NCBI GenBank assembly: GCA_002189035.1
Contig: NEEC01000013.1
Location: 2,232,001-2,296,000 of the forward strand
DNA: 64,000 nucleotides
From: Utricularia gibba
Lineage: Eukaryota; Plantae; Magnoliophyta
Direction of reading: 5' to 3'
Part shown: piece by piece, positions 37,075-52,262 of the stretch
Numbering within the stretch: the first letter of the stretch is position 1
How the letters are laid out: every line of letters starts with the position of its first letter
The notes under the pieces: model-generated
Databases searched by the model: none
The model's input: only the letters and a program-made list of their open reading frames with translations
What the model was told of the DNA's origin: nothing
Translations under genes and position numbers: made by a program

Positions 37075-38638
37075 TACCACACCGGTTTTAACATGATGTT
37101 GTACAAATGGCATGTGCCATCAAAATCTAACTGCCAAAAGCAGACACTGAATGATACAACAAAACCAGACATATCATCATTTTTTCAAATAGCATTTTCC
37201 CGTATAATACCCATTAAAAAAATCAAATATTATTCCAAAATTCGAGGGTAAGAAACCCAAATTTATCTTGTCTACGGATTCGGGTGGGACGAGTCGGTAA
37301 TGTTTTAACAGTTGTGATTCAATCACAAGGTTAAATTATAGATCATTCAAGATAGAATTAAATTCGAATCGTTTAGAATATATATAAAAAATAAATTATG
37401 ATTTAATTGTAATAAAAATAATTAAAAATGTTTAATTTTGTTAGGTCACACCAAAGCGCGGTGGTAATAAGGAATGACACGACGATGCATGTGTTCCCTT
37501 CGCTGATGCGTCGAGATTAGACCGTTGGGGCGAAGCTGCAGAGTACTATGAAATGAAATGCTCCTCGTGGTTTAATTTCCCACATCCCGCTTTGTCCCTC
37601 AACCACCACGCAACACACCTTTTTTATTCATCAACCTAACCGCACAACATGACCACCTCTATGGGATATCCTTTTTTGTTAACCCGAACTAGTATCACCA
37701 TCAAATTCATCTTGGTCATTCAAATCGTGACATGAGTTAAATGTTATGATACTATATTGAAATTAAGGATTCGATGGAATAAACAAATACAATTAAAACT
37801 CAAATATACAAAAAATATTAAACAATCATAATCTCAATAAAAGGGGGTGGGAACGAAATTTTTATTCAGGAGTGATATGTGAAGGGGGTTGGGTTGCGAA
37901 GGGGAAGGGGAAAAGGCATTGATTGATCCATTCATTGGTTGGGTGTTGACCTGGGACTGACGCGCAGTGATGCAGCACAAGAAACTAGATGATGGTTTTT
38001 AGCAGCAGCAGTAGTAAGTAGTACTGATGATTTCATTATTATCATCCATATTTTTAATGAGCAGACGACGGAGGAAGGAGAAGGAGCGGCCAGGCCTGAG
38101 GGGCAGTTGTGGCTGAGGTCTGGTCAGGTCAGGTCAACAAAGGGGGCAGTTTCGATATTGGGTTGAAAGCCACCACTCGCCTTGCCAACGCCAAATTCCA
38201 TTAATTATTTCTGGAAAGCTTCTCCCCCTCCTCATCCTCGTCCAGTCCCCCTCCGCCCCCCCTTCTTCCCCATAAACCCGACCCGGACCCGTTTTACCAG
38301 TTGGTTGTAAGAAGAAGAAGAAGAAGAAGAGAGGTGATGATAACACACGTGATTTATTTTATTTATGTGCATGTGAAGGTGGGATTTACTTGTGTTTAAT
38401 AGTACATTTTTCAACCAACACCTGCTGGGGCTGGCTGCTGCCTATTCCCTTTCTTTTATTGTTCCCCTTTCTCCTGTTTGTCGCCATTGTCACATCTCTT
38501 TCGCTCATTCTGCCCACAAATTCCCTTTCCCCTTCCTCCTCTTCCCCTTCAATAAATTGCTTGGGACGTAAGTGTTTTGTTCCATATGCACAGCAACTTC
38601 CTCTCTCACAAAAGGAGCGCACTCCGATCGTATGCATG

Positions 38639-40341
38639 ATGTGGATGATGGGCTACAATGATTGCGGTGAGGTCAACGCCGCTGTTCAAGATCCCTTCAC
38701 CGGCCGCCGTCTGCGCCCTCTGATGCCTCGTCCTCCTCCGGCTTCTCCGGCCCTCCATGGCGCTGCAGATTTCCTTGCTCTTAATCACCATCTCGGTCAG
38801 TTTCTGGTGGCTTGCTACCTTTTTTTTTTTTCTGTAACGAGGGAATGATTGGTTCGGAGTTCGATGCTTGCTTGCTTGCTGTGGCAGCCATCGCGGAGCA
38901 TAACAAGCTGGAGCTCGTGAACAGCCAGCAGGTGGTGGTGAGTTCCCGTTGGAACCCCACGCCGGAGCAGCTCCAGGCGCTAGAGGAATTGTACCGGCGA
39001 GGAACCAGGACGCCCTCCGCAGAACAAATCCAGCAGATCACCGCGCAGCTCCGCCGCTTCGGGAAGATCGAGGGCAAGAACGTCTTCTACTGGTTTCAGA
39101 ACCATAAAGCCAGAGAGCGGCTACAGCGCCGCCGCCAACTCCACGAGCAACAGCAGCAGCAATCCCACCACAGAAACAACAACAAGAGCAGCGATAACAA
39201 CAACAATAACAGTCCCTCCGAAAAGGGAGCTCAGACAGGTAACATCAAACTCCTCCGTGTTTCTTCCTCCCAAGCGTTGTGTTCTATTCTATGTTTTCCT
39301 ATGTGGATTCAGGATCAAGTAGAGGAGGAGGAGGTGACGCCCTTGAAGCTGAACAGACCAAGAGCTGGGCATCTACCCCTCCACCCTCTCTTTCAAGTAC
39401 AACAACATCTCAGGTTCTTTTTCTATTCTTCCCATAACTTGTCATCTTTTCATAAGCATTCTGATGTGAACTTGAGACAGGTAATGCATAAACTAGATCA
39501 AAGGGGTGTTCTCTTTAGAATAGTTAGATCATAATTAGGGCATGATTAGGCAAGATTTTTGTACATGGGATATGAGCAGCAGGATGGCAAGAAGAACAAG
39601 GCAAAGGGTATGGAAAGGTTGAATTGTTTTGTTGGGAAATGAAAAGTGTCTAAAAGCTGCATACCTTCCTTTCTGTCTGGGCTGCCATTGTTGTGAAACA
39701 CTCTGCATTGTTCTCTGAGCCGCTACTCCTCTCATTTATCTATTTACATGTTTATACACATTCTGCAAGTTTACGTCTTTTGGACAAAAGCATGCCTATT
39801 TAGTCCAGCAGAGCATATCCCACAAGTTTCTATACAGATTCTAAGCCCATGTGACCCTAAGAAGACTCGCATAACTGGCTTCTTAACCCCATTTCTGGAA
39901 GTTTAGGTGGGATTGAGTTGCACATAGCCGATTTCTTTCTACTAATACAAATTGGGTCGTCTTTTTCAGGCGAATGCAACTCCAGCGAAGGTGGCGGAGG
40001 TGGAGAGCAAACCGGAAGAGGGATGGATGTGCTTCGAGCAAGACGATGACCGGGAGTCGCGAAGAAACGCCACCTGGCAATGGGAGCAGCACATGATGCA
40101 CTTCTCCTCACCCCCCGCAGTCATTTCTCCGCCACCGAAAACCGCGCCACCGCGGGACTTCTTCACCATTTTCCCCCATCGCGGCGGCAATGCGGCCGAA
40201 ACCCTAGAACTGTTTCCGCTCAGCAGCGGCAGCCAGATGGACACGGAGGCCTGCACGCCGGCGGGAGGCGAAACGGTGAACCGGGCTATGAACCATTCAA
40301 CTCCTCATCAGTTCTTCGAGTTCCTACCACTGAAGAACTAA
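38639..40341 (+). CDS. WOX1: WUSCHEL-related homeobox protein, WOX1/STF/LAM1 clade (4 exons)
   Basis: MWMMGYND N-terminus, homeodomain [24 protein letters not shown]...[22 protein letters not shown] box TLELFPL and STF box [10 protein letters not shown]. Confidence 0.93.
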
Positions 40342-41344
40342 CTGACGCAAGGCTAGCGTTACGAACATTGGTTGTTGCATGGAGAGCATCATGTTCGTTA
40401 TTGTTTATGTATGGAGCAGGAACTAGACGTCTCATCTGTGTCTTCTTTCTTACCATCAGTTTCTTTTTTCTGTGATATGTTTTTATTTCAAATTCGAAAA
40501 ACTGAAATAAGCCTTTTTAGGTAAAGTCCAATCGCGTCCTCCTAATTAAACATTCCTATCCATTCTTGGAAATTGTAAAACATATATATATTTTTTATTT
40601 TTTAAAATAAAAGAAATTAAATTGAATTCCAAAATTTAAATTTTCTGGCTCTCTTTTCGTTTAAATACTAGATTTAAATTGATTTTTAGGTATTTTATTT
40701 AATATAATTTTTTGATAATAACCATTAAATTAAATTGATAGTTTAATTTTAAATTATTTTTAAATAAATTTATATTCTAACTATATTGTATTTATGAGTT
40801 TGTGTTTGTAAGAATATTTAATATACAGTATAAAAAATTTATAATTAAATTTACATATAAATAATTGTTTTATTAACTAATGTATTTATGTCAATGTTAT
40901 ATGTTTATATCACTCATATACTCATTTTTTGAATATGTGAATGATATATATAAATAAAGAGATAAGTTAATTATATCTATACAATTCACAAAATCAAACT
41001 TATATTCTATGATATTAAATGTTATATATAATTAATTATATGTATACTTAATTATACTATACTTAAACATATTAATACAATACTATAAATCCCAAACAAA
41101 AATAAACCACTTGCAATACCATAACATTAGGTGTAGACAGTCATTTTTGACACTCGAACAAACCTTTATTTCCGACACGCGATACAACGAACTTTGTAAT
41201 GACAACTGCTTGCGCGGTAAATACTCTAATTCCAAGGGATACAACGACCATAACATCCTGGCTGCATGTAAGAAGAAGAGGTGAAAACCAGAGAAGAGCG
41301 AAGGATAATGGATGCATTGGTTGATAGACGCAGAGTGGTGGTTC

Positions 41345-42526
41345 CTAGTTTTCTGGCTTTTCCCACTTCAGGGGCTTGACGGTCTCCCATGTGAAGTCCG
41401 GGTCATCTCTCCCGAAATGGCCGTAGGCTGCGGTCTTCAAGAATCTTCCATTGCCACCCCTCTTGAGATCGAGGTTGATGGAGATCATCCCTGGTCTGAA
41501 GTCGAAGTTCTCCTTCACGATCTTCAGAATTTCCCTGTCTGGGATCTTGCCTGTGCCGTAGCTGTCCACGAAAACGGATAATGGTTCAGGGACGCCGATG
41601 GCATACGAGACTTGGACGATGCACCGGCGAGCCAGCCCACTTGCAACGATGCTCTTCGCCGCCTGCCTTACGATATAAGCGCCGCTCCGGTCAACCTTCG
41701 TGGGGTCCTTGCCTGAGAAGGCGCCACCGCCATGAGCACCCCAGCCTCCATAAGTGTCGATGATGATCTTGCGGCCAGTGAGTCCAGCGTCGCCGTGAGG
41801 GCCACCGATGACAAAACGGCCGGAAGGATTGAGATGGAAGATCGTCTTCTCATCCAGGTACTTCTCCGGGATCACCGGCTTGATAACATGCTCTTTCAAA
41901 TCCCTGGCGATCTCATCGTTGGTGACGGTTTCATCATGCTGGGTTGAGATCAAGATCGTGTGCACTCGAACAGGGACCATGGCGCCACCATCGTTGTAAT
42001 ACTCAACTGTCACCTGAGTCTTTCCATCCGGGCGCAACCAAGCACAGGTGCCATTCTTACGCACTTCCGTGAGACGAGCGCCCAGTTTGGTAGCAAGAAC
42101 ATGGCTCAGTGGCATGTACTCAGGAGTCTCATCAGTGGCGTAGCCAAACATATGGCCCTGATCACCGGCGCCAATTTCCTCAGGGCGTTTTGTCAAGTGG
42201 CCATGAACGCCTTGAGCAATGTCAGGGCTCTGCTGCTCAATGTTGACAAGAACCTTGCATTTATCAGCATCAAGACCAACATCATCTGAAGTGAATCCTA
42301 TTCCACGGCATGTGTCTCGCACAATCTTCTCATAGTCGATCTGCGCCTTAGTCGTGATCTCACCAAAGACCATGACTAAGTTTGTCTTCGTGCAAGTCTC
42401 ACAAGCAACTTTGCTGTCGGGATCCTGCTCGAGGCATGCATCAAGCACCGCATCTGAGATCTGATCGCAGAGCTTGTCAGGGTGTCCCTCGTTCACGGAT
42501 TCAGAGGTGAACAAGAATGTCTCCAT
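41345..42526 (-). CDS. SAMS: S-adenosylmethionine synthetase, single coding exon, with a 5'UTR intron at about 42536-43133
   Basis: 393 aa with [25 protein letters not shown] and TAAYGHFGR. Confidence 0.99.
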   Translation of the reverse strand: METFLFTSESVNEGHPDKLCDQISDAVLDACLEQDPDSKVACETCTKTNLVMVFGEITTKAQIDYEKIVRDTCRGIGFTSDDVGLDADKCKVLVNIEQQSPDIAQGVHGHLTKRPEEIGAGDQGHMFGYATDETPEYMPLSHVLATKLGARLTEVRKNGTCAWLRPDGKTQVTVEYYNDGGAMVPVRVHTILISTQHDETVTNDEIARDLKEHVIKPVIPEKYLDEKTIFHLNPSGRFVIGGPHGDAGLTGRKIIIDTYGGWGAHGGGAFSGKDPTKVDRSGAYIVRQAAKSIVASGLARRCIVQVSYAIGVPEPLSVFVDSYGTGKIPDREILKIVKENFDFRPGMISINLDLKRGGNGRFLKTAAYGHFGRDDPDFTWETVKPLKWEKPEN

Positions 42527-43253
42527 TTCCTTGATCTGGGATACATAAACACTATAAATTTCAACAAGAGAAGAACAACAAGTCCAATACTGAACCTGGA
42601 ACTAAGATAAAGAATCGGTATCTTGGATCAGAAATTTCAGAATCTTCTTCCTCAAAAACATACAACAACTGGCAAACACCAAACTAGTAAAATCAACTTC
42701 ACACGTATTCAGAGAAGATGCTGAAATTCATAGTCATCCTTTATTCTGAAAATATTCTTACTTTTCTCATGGGAATCCAGTGCAATTATTCGAACTCAAC
42801 ACCTTATCACAACAATAGTGAAAGAATTACTCAGGGGATAGATCGAAGTACAGGAAAAAGACTTCAGCCTAACTTGAAAGTAGATCGAGACTGATTCATC
42901 TCACACGAGAGAATCCCACATACCACAAACCCAACACGATGCAAAAGAAATGGATCTAAAAATTTTTTCAAAAAAACACGAGATCTAGAAGGCCACCCCT
43001 GTTAAATGAAGTTCGAAGCAAATATTGAAGACCCATAGAAGAATTCAAGCCAACCCACATCACAAATTTAGGATGTGAAACACCCTCAGACCCATAAACA
43101 AGAAGTCAAACAAATCCCAGAAAACCCCATTACCTCGAAGCAGGAAACCCAACAGTGAGAGCAAAGATGCCGCCTTTCTGGTCACCGCTCTCTTCGCTAG
43201 AGATTTCGAGAGCTCTAGCTGGCAAGGCAAGTTCCCTCAATGCAAGGTGAAGA

Positions 43254-43261
43254 TTTTATAG
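43254..43261 (-). promoter_or_regulatory. TATA box of SAMS
   Basis: CTATAAAA on the minus strand, just upstream of the pyrimidine-rich 5'UTR exon. Confidence 0.55.
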
Positions 43262-43795
43262 AAAACGAAAAGTAGATCTTGATCAAACCGCCTGCCGGTT
43301 CATGGGTTGGTAAGAAAATCCTTCAAAGCGGGCCGCATACTTTTCCGAAAAAAAAAAAAAAGAGGAGATTGGTGGGTTGCCTCTTGCCGACGCCCGATGG
43401 ACGACCCAGATCTGAGATTTTACGGTTGAGATTTAATGGAGTCGGCGGTGGGTGTCAACCCAATACAGAGAAAGGGACACGACCACAAAAAAATAAATGT
43501 ATCGTATTATCACAATTACAAGATTTATTAATATTTAAATAAACAATAAATGGTTTTTACCAAACCAAATCCCGTATACGCGGGAACCTCTTTGTACGAG
43601 TGATCTTGATATAGGAATTATCAAGTTCATTGTTAATTATGCCAAGAAAGTTACCAAAAATAAAATTAGGAAACATCTTATGTTTCCACTGAATGTATGT
43701 ATCGAGAGGTGTATATGTTTAGTAATGTTTTTAAATATGTACATGATTTGTAAAATAATTACGCAATATTTTTAATTATATTAAATTTTAATTTC

Positions 43796-44045
43796 AATTA
43801 ATTACACACTGTATTTTTATATAAACACAAATAACTCAAATATGTTATTTATCAAATATTTTCAACAATAATCACTAATTTTTAATTATATTTTAAAATA
43901 TATTTTAATTATGTTTTAATTAAATTCGTGAATTTAAATTATAATGAAGTTAACACGTGTTTTATTGTAAATATATTTTAAAATATAATTAAAAATTATT
44001 CAAAATATTATAAAAATAATTAATCTCAAGTGTATAATTAAATTC
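43796..44045. repeat. AT-rich foldback (inverted repeat), possible MITE relic
   Basis: Perfect 30-bp inverted repeat 43876-43905 / 43969-43998, plus weaker outer arms (AATTACACACT versus AGTGTATAATT). Confidence 0.5.
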
Positions 44046-44587
44046 GATAATAAGTTTAATCTATTTTTAATACGTTTTAGGCAAAGAGACTCACAGTATG
44101 GAGTCACTGTCATGATCGGTTGATGCTAAGGTTTTATGTTATAAATCAATGTTTAAAAAATCACGATTGAATTATTTTGAAATATGAATTGTTTCAATTT
44201 TAAAAAGTCGCAAGCCTATAAAAGAAATCATTTAAAAAATTGATCATTCTCTCATTTTCGAAAGATGCCACATTTCTAATAGATATCTACAAAAGGATAT
44301 TGTGATAAGCATTTCTATTTATTCAACTGATTGTCCGTGAATAAGTGAATACAGAAAAGGCACCAGCACCTCCCAGGCATACTGCAACTCAACTGGAATC
44401 TACCATGCATGCAATTCAGGAGTGACACAACACCCTGGTGCAAAATGGAGCCCCTTCCTGTTATTTCCATCAATCACAAAGCAGAACAAAGTATACACGC
44501 GATTCCGGCTGCACATACCCACACCAACCGTGGCGACAGACAATATGTATGTAGAGAATGCGGGCAAGGTGGCAACAATGGAGGTAG

Positions 44588-45814
44588 CTAACAGGCAGAA
44601 GAGAGGACCTCCAACAGGGAAGCTGCGAATGCCATTTGGGTATCCTCATCGATGGTCAAGAAGAGGGGTACGTGCACGAACAAGCATTTGGTGCCACTCT
44701 GCTCGGAGAAGCGCAGAGAATGGTAGTACACATAGTTGCAGACGAACCTGCCTGCATCCTCAGAGGTTGTAACTTCGTACCCCATCTTTGCCAGTGATTT
44801 GGTGATATCGTCTACTGGAAGGGATGTCTGCAGGGATCAAATTGGAGAGCATGTTATCAGAACTTCCATGGCATTCTCATTTTGTGGATGTTTTATGATC
44901 CACAGCTTTACCTCTCGAACTCGTGAAATCCCACCATCTCCGGGAACGATTGGAAGTTTCTGAAGTACAAAAGCAAGTCAAGACTGTATGGAAACATGGA
45001 GCCAGAGCAGGTGGAAGAAAATTTTAATGCCATTGGAACCTGGGGCTTCCACCCCATCTCGTCGGGGCAGCGGAATGTGGCTTCATTGACAGCTTTCTTC
45101 TCCAGAGCGAACCTGGTTGCGCCACTGTTGACTCCAAAATGAACCTGAACATCACAGAAGAACTTTTCAGAAAACTCTCGTGATAAGTTTAACACAGGCA
45201 TTCGTATCCTCGAACTCAAAGAACCAAGATTGTGAGTTGATGCTAGCTCCGTTACTAGATAAACAGATCAGCTATCTCCAAGATGCTGAACCAATCCACG
45301 GTCACAGAAGCAGTTAAAACTGGGTACAGGTTAATGATTACAGAGATTCACATTTTACAAAGAAGTTGAAATCCTATAGAATACTTGTGGAGAATACTCA
45401 GAACAATGGCCAATAAGAACGATAGGTTCAAATAAATCTTATTGTTCTAATTCCTTCTACCTCCAATTCCTATGGAAAAAAAAAAAAAAGAAGCTCAATA
45501 GACCATGGACACTCAGATGCAAAAATAAAGAAAAAAAAACAACTGACCCAAATAACTCTCTCATTAGTCAAGCCACTGCCATCTCCGGTGACAGATGATT
45601 GCAGAGTTTGGTAGAGAGGACCAACGGCTCCATGGCCTGCAGTTTCAAGAATAGTGCAACTTCCAAGCACCAGCCCTTTGGGAGTGCCTTTTTCATCAAT
45701 ATAACGTTGCAGATTCTTAACAATTGACTCGGTTGGATTTTCTGCAACTCCTTGGAACTTTTTAAATCCAGTAACATGAATAGTGACCGGAGGATTAGGC
45801 CCCTCAGAACCCAT
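44588..45814 (-). CDS. Pyroglutamyl-peptidase I (pyrrolidone-carboxylate peptidase, C15)
   Basis: IHVTGFKKFQGVAENPT, VHFGVNSG, EKKAVNEATFRCPDE (Glu), DAGRFVCNYVYYHSL (Cys) and FVHVP (His). Confidence 0.94.
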
Positions 45815-46981
45815 CTAGAATCAATTCAAATTCAACCTCTGTAAAGACGAAATGTATCAGAAAACACTCATGGCATTACATCCAAGCCTTACTAAATCCA
45901 AACAGTTAATACCAACGTTTGCAAAAACGATTAATTAACATCATCCAAATTCTAGAACCCGACAACAGTTCTCACCCATCGAAAAATGTTCCTTTTCTAA
46001 CCAAAAAATAATAACAATAATCTACTCATGATCGAAACTATAAAGAACATGTTCTAGGTTAACTCCGTTACCCCGCTCAAAAATCGACCACAGAAAGAGA
46101 AAAACCACAAAACCCAGATCAACCCAGATGATCGGTGGCGCTGCTAACGACCTATGAGACGTTTCGACAGCAGACATGAAAAGAACGATGATCAATGACT
46201 AAACCGATCACTGGATGAAGGGGTCTACGAAAAGTACCAGCTTGAACGAGAATTTCACCGCAGATGGAAAATTCCGGTGTGGAGAAGTATCTCGACGCCT
46301 GCTCTTATCCAATTACTCTTCCATTATTGCTATTTTGGCTTTTCTTATTCCCCCGCCTGCCAGGCCCGACGGCCATCTCTGATGCAGATGCTTTCTCAAT
46401 CATGGACAACGCATGATTTATTTTTAGAAACTGTGAATAAATATATTAAAATTGCAATTTAAAAGACAAATTAAAAAAATTAAAAAATACAATTTCGGAG
46501 TAAAAAAATTGAAAATTATTTTTACTTTAATTTAATGATTTTCCAGATTTATGGAATTAAATATCGTGATTTTAAATTCCTTCTTTCCCACTTTTTAAAT
46601 AACTTTTCAAATAAGAGTAGTTGAGCGAGTCCAAAACTATGCCTTAGCGCCGCCGTGTCCTCCGTCTATTCTGCGTCAGTTGCAGGCGGCGGTTGTCGTC
46701 GGAAAAACACTGGGAAGCGGAATGCTTGAAAACTTGATCTGGGAAATGGAGCATGTAATTCGTTTCCATACGAAAACAAACAAAATCTATTTAACAACTG
46801 AAACCCAACTCGCCGTTGCTTAATGCGTGAACTGAACCCCATGCAAATGACAACCCAGCACCAATCAATTCTCCTCCGCACAGCTACTTCCCTTCTTCAA
46901 TTCTTCCCCAATTTTCCAAAATCCCCACCCGAGATTCATACGTTCTACATTCTTCTGTAGTCTGCGCAGCGTGCTCTGAAG

Positions 46982-48468
46982 ATGGCGGCGCAAGATTTCT
47001 TCCCCATGTTGGCGATGGTCGCCGTTCAGTTCGGCTTCGCCGGAATGAACCTTGTTTCCAAGCTCGCAGTCGATTCTGGAATGGATCCTTTGATTCACGT
47101 CGCTTATCGCCAAATCTTCGCCGTCGTGGCGCTCTCTCCGTTAGCCTTTTTTAAAGAGAGGTAACTTCTTTATTCGATCGATGTATCATCATCGCGCCCT
47201 GTAACTGTATTGCATTGTAGGAAAACGCGGCCAAGGTTGACGGTTCAGATCCTCTCTGGGATTCTCCTGTGTTCATTCTTCGGGTAATAACAAAAACGGC
47301 GATTGCGATTCGAAACCAGTTCTTCTTTTTCCCATTTGTGATTTACATGTGTTGCAGAGTGACGGTGAATCAGATAACGTATCTAGTAGGACTCAAGTAT
47401 TCGACCCCGACTATCGCCTGCGCATTGAGCAACATCACTCCGGCGGTCACTTTCCTCATGGCGGTTCCTTCTGGGTATTCCGAGTTTTGAAGCAGGGAGA
47501 ATTCTAATTCCGACTCGTTGGCAGTTGATTAACTGTGACTTCTTTGCTGGTTTAGGCTGGAGAAAGTGGTAATTAGGAGCAGAGCAGGGCAAGCGAAGGT
47601 TCTGGGAACCGCGATGTGTGTCGGGGGAGCTTTGATTCTGTCCCTGTATCACGGCGCGGCTCTGGGCATCGGCCATTTTCCGGTGCACTGGAGATACGCA
47701 GAGGAAACAGGATCCCCTTCCGGCCGTCCTAGCAATCTCATTTTGGGCCCCTTTTTACTGGTCGTCAGCGCCGTTTCCTGGGCCGTCTGGTTCAACATCC
47801 AGGTCAGTCACCTACCCAAATGTACTGAACCATCAGTTCAAAATCCGATCCCAACTGTAAAATTGCAGGCCAGAGTAAACCAGAAGTACAAGGCAGCCTA
47901 CTCAAGCTCCGCCCTCATGTCTCTAATGGCGACCTTCCAATGCTTCATCGTGGCCGTCTGCTTCGACCACCGTCCCTCCTCCTGGTCCCTACACCAACCC
48001 ATCCGAATAGTCTCTAGCGTCTACTCGGTACGCATTTTCCTTCTCTCATCCCCAAATCAGAAAGCTACCGAAGAACCTTACGATCTGGTACTCCTCTGTT
48101 AAGGGTGTCGTCTGCTCAGCTCTGGCCTACAGTCTCATGTCATGGTGCATCGCCATAAAAGGACCCCTTTACGTATCGGTCTTCAGTCCGCTGCTGCTGG
48201 TGATCGTCGCCGCCCTCAGTTGGGCGATTCTTCAAGAAAGGGTCTTTGTGGGCACGTAAGTTTGTTGCTCTTCGACCCTCCTTATTTGCGACTCTGAGAT
48301 GGGAGCGATGCTTGTCGCAGAATCGGTGGTTCGGTGCTGATTGTTTTGGGATTGTACGGAGTTCTGTGGGGGAAGAAGAGGGAGGCTGAGGAGGAGAAGA
48401 GGGAAGAGACGACTGCCGGGAATGGGATCCAGAAAGACTTGGAGTCCCCATCGGATGCCATTCACTAG
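46982..48468 (+). CDS. WAT1-related / UMAMIT (EamA, nodulin MtN21) transporter, 7 exons
   Basis: [58 protein letters not shown] and GLYGVLWGK. The spliced frame is intact. Confidence 0.95.
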
Positions 48469-49055
48469 CTCCCTTGCTTTCTCTTCTCTTGTAACCCCTG
48501 CAACGTCTCTCTGTACTTGCGCTATTGCTTTTTGGATGAAATTTCAGCCTATTCACTGCTAAGTATATTTTTTTGGTATACCAAATGTAATACTATTTGT
48601 AAGATATTATTCATTTTGGTTATTTAATTCTTACGATTTTATGTTTTTATCATATTTGGCCCAACATATCAAAAGGTCAACTATCATCAAATTACATTTG
48701 AACTAAACATGTTTAATTTTAAAATTTTGATGTATGATTATTTGGGAAAAATACTTAGTACTTTACGTAATTATTCTACTTACTCTCATCACCTACTACA
48801 TCTGTAATCTATGTGGGAGACCAGGCTCCTAAATTATATTTTTTATTAAGTAAGATATATGCTTTTCTTAAATATATTTTCAATTTTAGTAACATGATAT
48901 GTACTTATTCCAAAATTGAGGTAGATGGGCCGGGCCGGCTCTGCATCCGTCCAACCAAAACTCCTAGTTTCGTCGCTGTCGCGTTAGTATGTATGTAGCG
49001 CTGTCTGGAGAAATTGCGGGGATCTTTTGGGATCAAGATCACGAACTGGGTGTCG

Positions 49056-50063
49056 ATGGCGGCGATCTACAGTCTCTACATCATCAATAAATCGGGGGGA
49101 CTCATATTCTACAAGGTAGTTCTGGGAATCCCCCCAAATCTGCAAAAGAAATTCATGGTTTTGAAATGCGCGTTTTTGTAGGATTACGGGTCGGCTGGGA
49201 GGATGGATACGAATGACAGTCTGAGACTGGCGAGCTTGTGGCACTCGATGCACGCGATCTCTCAGCAGCTCTCCCCTGTTTCTGGGTGCTCCGGAATCGA
49301 GCTTCTTCAGGCTGATACTTTTGACCTCCATTGTTTCCAGTCTCTTACCGGTGAGGATTTCTACATCATTTGAATACACGTTTACAAGTGTTTATTGGGA
49401 TGCCCAACATCGGATTTGGAGAAATTTTAAACTTTTATGAGCGTTTCTTGATTGGATTTCCTGCTGTTACGTTTTATCTAGGTAGATACTGAACATATAG
49501 TAAGACAGGCACTTCAATAAATCCATTGGTGATGTGTTTCGCACTTCATTTTCAAGCTGGATCCCATTTCTAACAGAATGGTCTGCTTCCCAGACCAAAA
49601 ATAGCAGTTATTATCCCTGATATGTCCGAGCAATTCGTTGTGTACTGGCTTTCGCTAGGGAGACGCATTATGTTAGACACTAAGGGATCTCCAATGCTTT
49701 ATGTAGCCTTGTTTTTGTACAGTTTAACTTCGTTCTTCGTTGTTTGAGTCATATGAAAGGCTTGAGAGTGGTTACTGCACATGTTGTAAGACTGAGAGCC
49801 TTCTGATCTCTCTCTAAATCAGTTGGAAAACACTGGTGTTATTCTTATACGTGTGGTGCATTGCAGGTACGAAGTTCTTTGTGGTATGCGAGCCCGGTAG
49901 CCTTCACATGGAGAGCCTGTTGAAGCAGATATACGAGCTGTACACGGACTACGTTCTGAAGAATCCTTTCTACGAGATGGAGATGCCCATCCGCTGCGAG
50001 CTGTTTGATGTAAACTTGGCACAGGCTGTCCAAAAGGATCGTGTTGCTTTGTTAGGAAGATGA
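49056..50063 (+). CDS. TRAPPC4: TRAPP complex subunit 4 (Trs23/synbindin), 3 exons, 141 aa
   Basis: Exons 49056-49115, 49182-49350 and 49867-50063. Motifs YIINKSGGLIF, NDSLRLAS and YELYTDYVLKNPFYEMEMPIRCELFD. Confidence 0.96.
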
Positions 50064-50305
50064 GAACAAGCATGTACCATGGGAATGAGCACTTCTCCAG
50101 ATTCTCAAAAGTTAAAAACCTTGGAGTTTATTGCACAAAACAACGAAAGCTTTATTTCTAATATGCTGAATGAGTGGGGAGTATAAAAACACCAGAACAA
50201 GGAAACGGAGAATGGGGTGTGTCTAACCAAGCTAACAATTCATTCACATGGTAGCAGAAAGTTCAGTGTCCACTGTCATCTCGCATCTTGTTGTTAACTG
50301 TTAAA

Positions 50306-51608
<1,303 letters not shown>

Positions 51609-52262
51609 TTCCCGAACTCTGACTTCGTTTCTGGCTCAATTCAAACGTTTCTGGATTTATGAAACTTCCCCGCCGGTCGCTGGTCACAAAGCGATAGCGA
51701 TTTCCAGCTACACGCACCAACAGTACTCCCGCGGAAGCTCGATCTCCATTTTCAGGTCCCAGAGCAAAGCTACATTTCTGATCACTGTGCCCAAGGCTTT
51801 GATTACTGAATATTCCACAAGATTCGTGTGTATTATAAATTAAAATAAATTTATATCGTAATTGCTTCATAAATTGAAATAAATCCCATGTTAAAATCAC
51901 ACTCCATGCCCCGCGTCACGAAGCCGATACGTGACATAAGCCACGTGGATTTTCCAGATTTGAAAATAAATAATAATTTATTTTAAACAGTAAAAAATAG
52001 GTTCTTATTTATTATGAGCTAATGACATTATGCGCCCCTTGCCACCTACGGTGGACTTAGGTGTAGAGTGTTATTGTTGAATAATTCATTGAAATCAATG
52101 CCACGTGTGTCCGTGGTCCCCATTTTAATCCGGCTGTCTGGGGATTATCGATTTTAATTTTATTACTTATCTTAAGAAACTCAATAACGCGCGCTCATGG
52201 CGATGATGATGATGACGATGCAGATGAACTTAAGAGGCAGAAACCTAGAGGCTTTACTTCTT

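Noticed and set aside
41581-42289. Several ORFs antisense to or overlapping SAMS
   Set aside because: Shadow frames of a GC-rich conserved CDS. The same applies to ORFs opposite the RR, WOX1, DUF538 and bHLH genes.
43196-43219. 7-bp hairpin in the SAMS 5'UTR exon
   Set aside because: Too short to distinguish from chance without covariation data.
43464-43472. TACAGAGAA, the METTL16/FIONA1-type nonamer, near SAMS
   Set aside because: It is on the strand opposite SAMS and about 200 nt upstream of its TATA box, so it is not in the mRNA. The SAMS 5'UTR intron acceptor (TCCCAG|ATC) does not match either.
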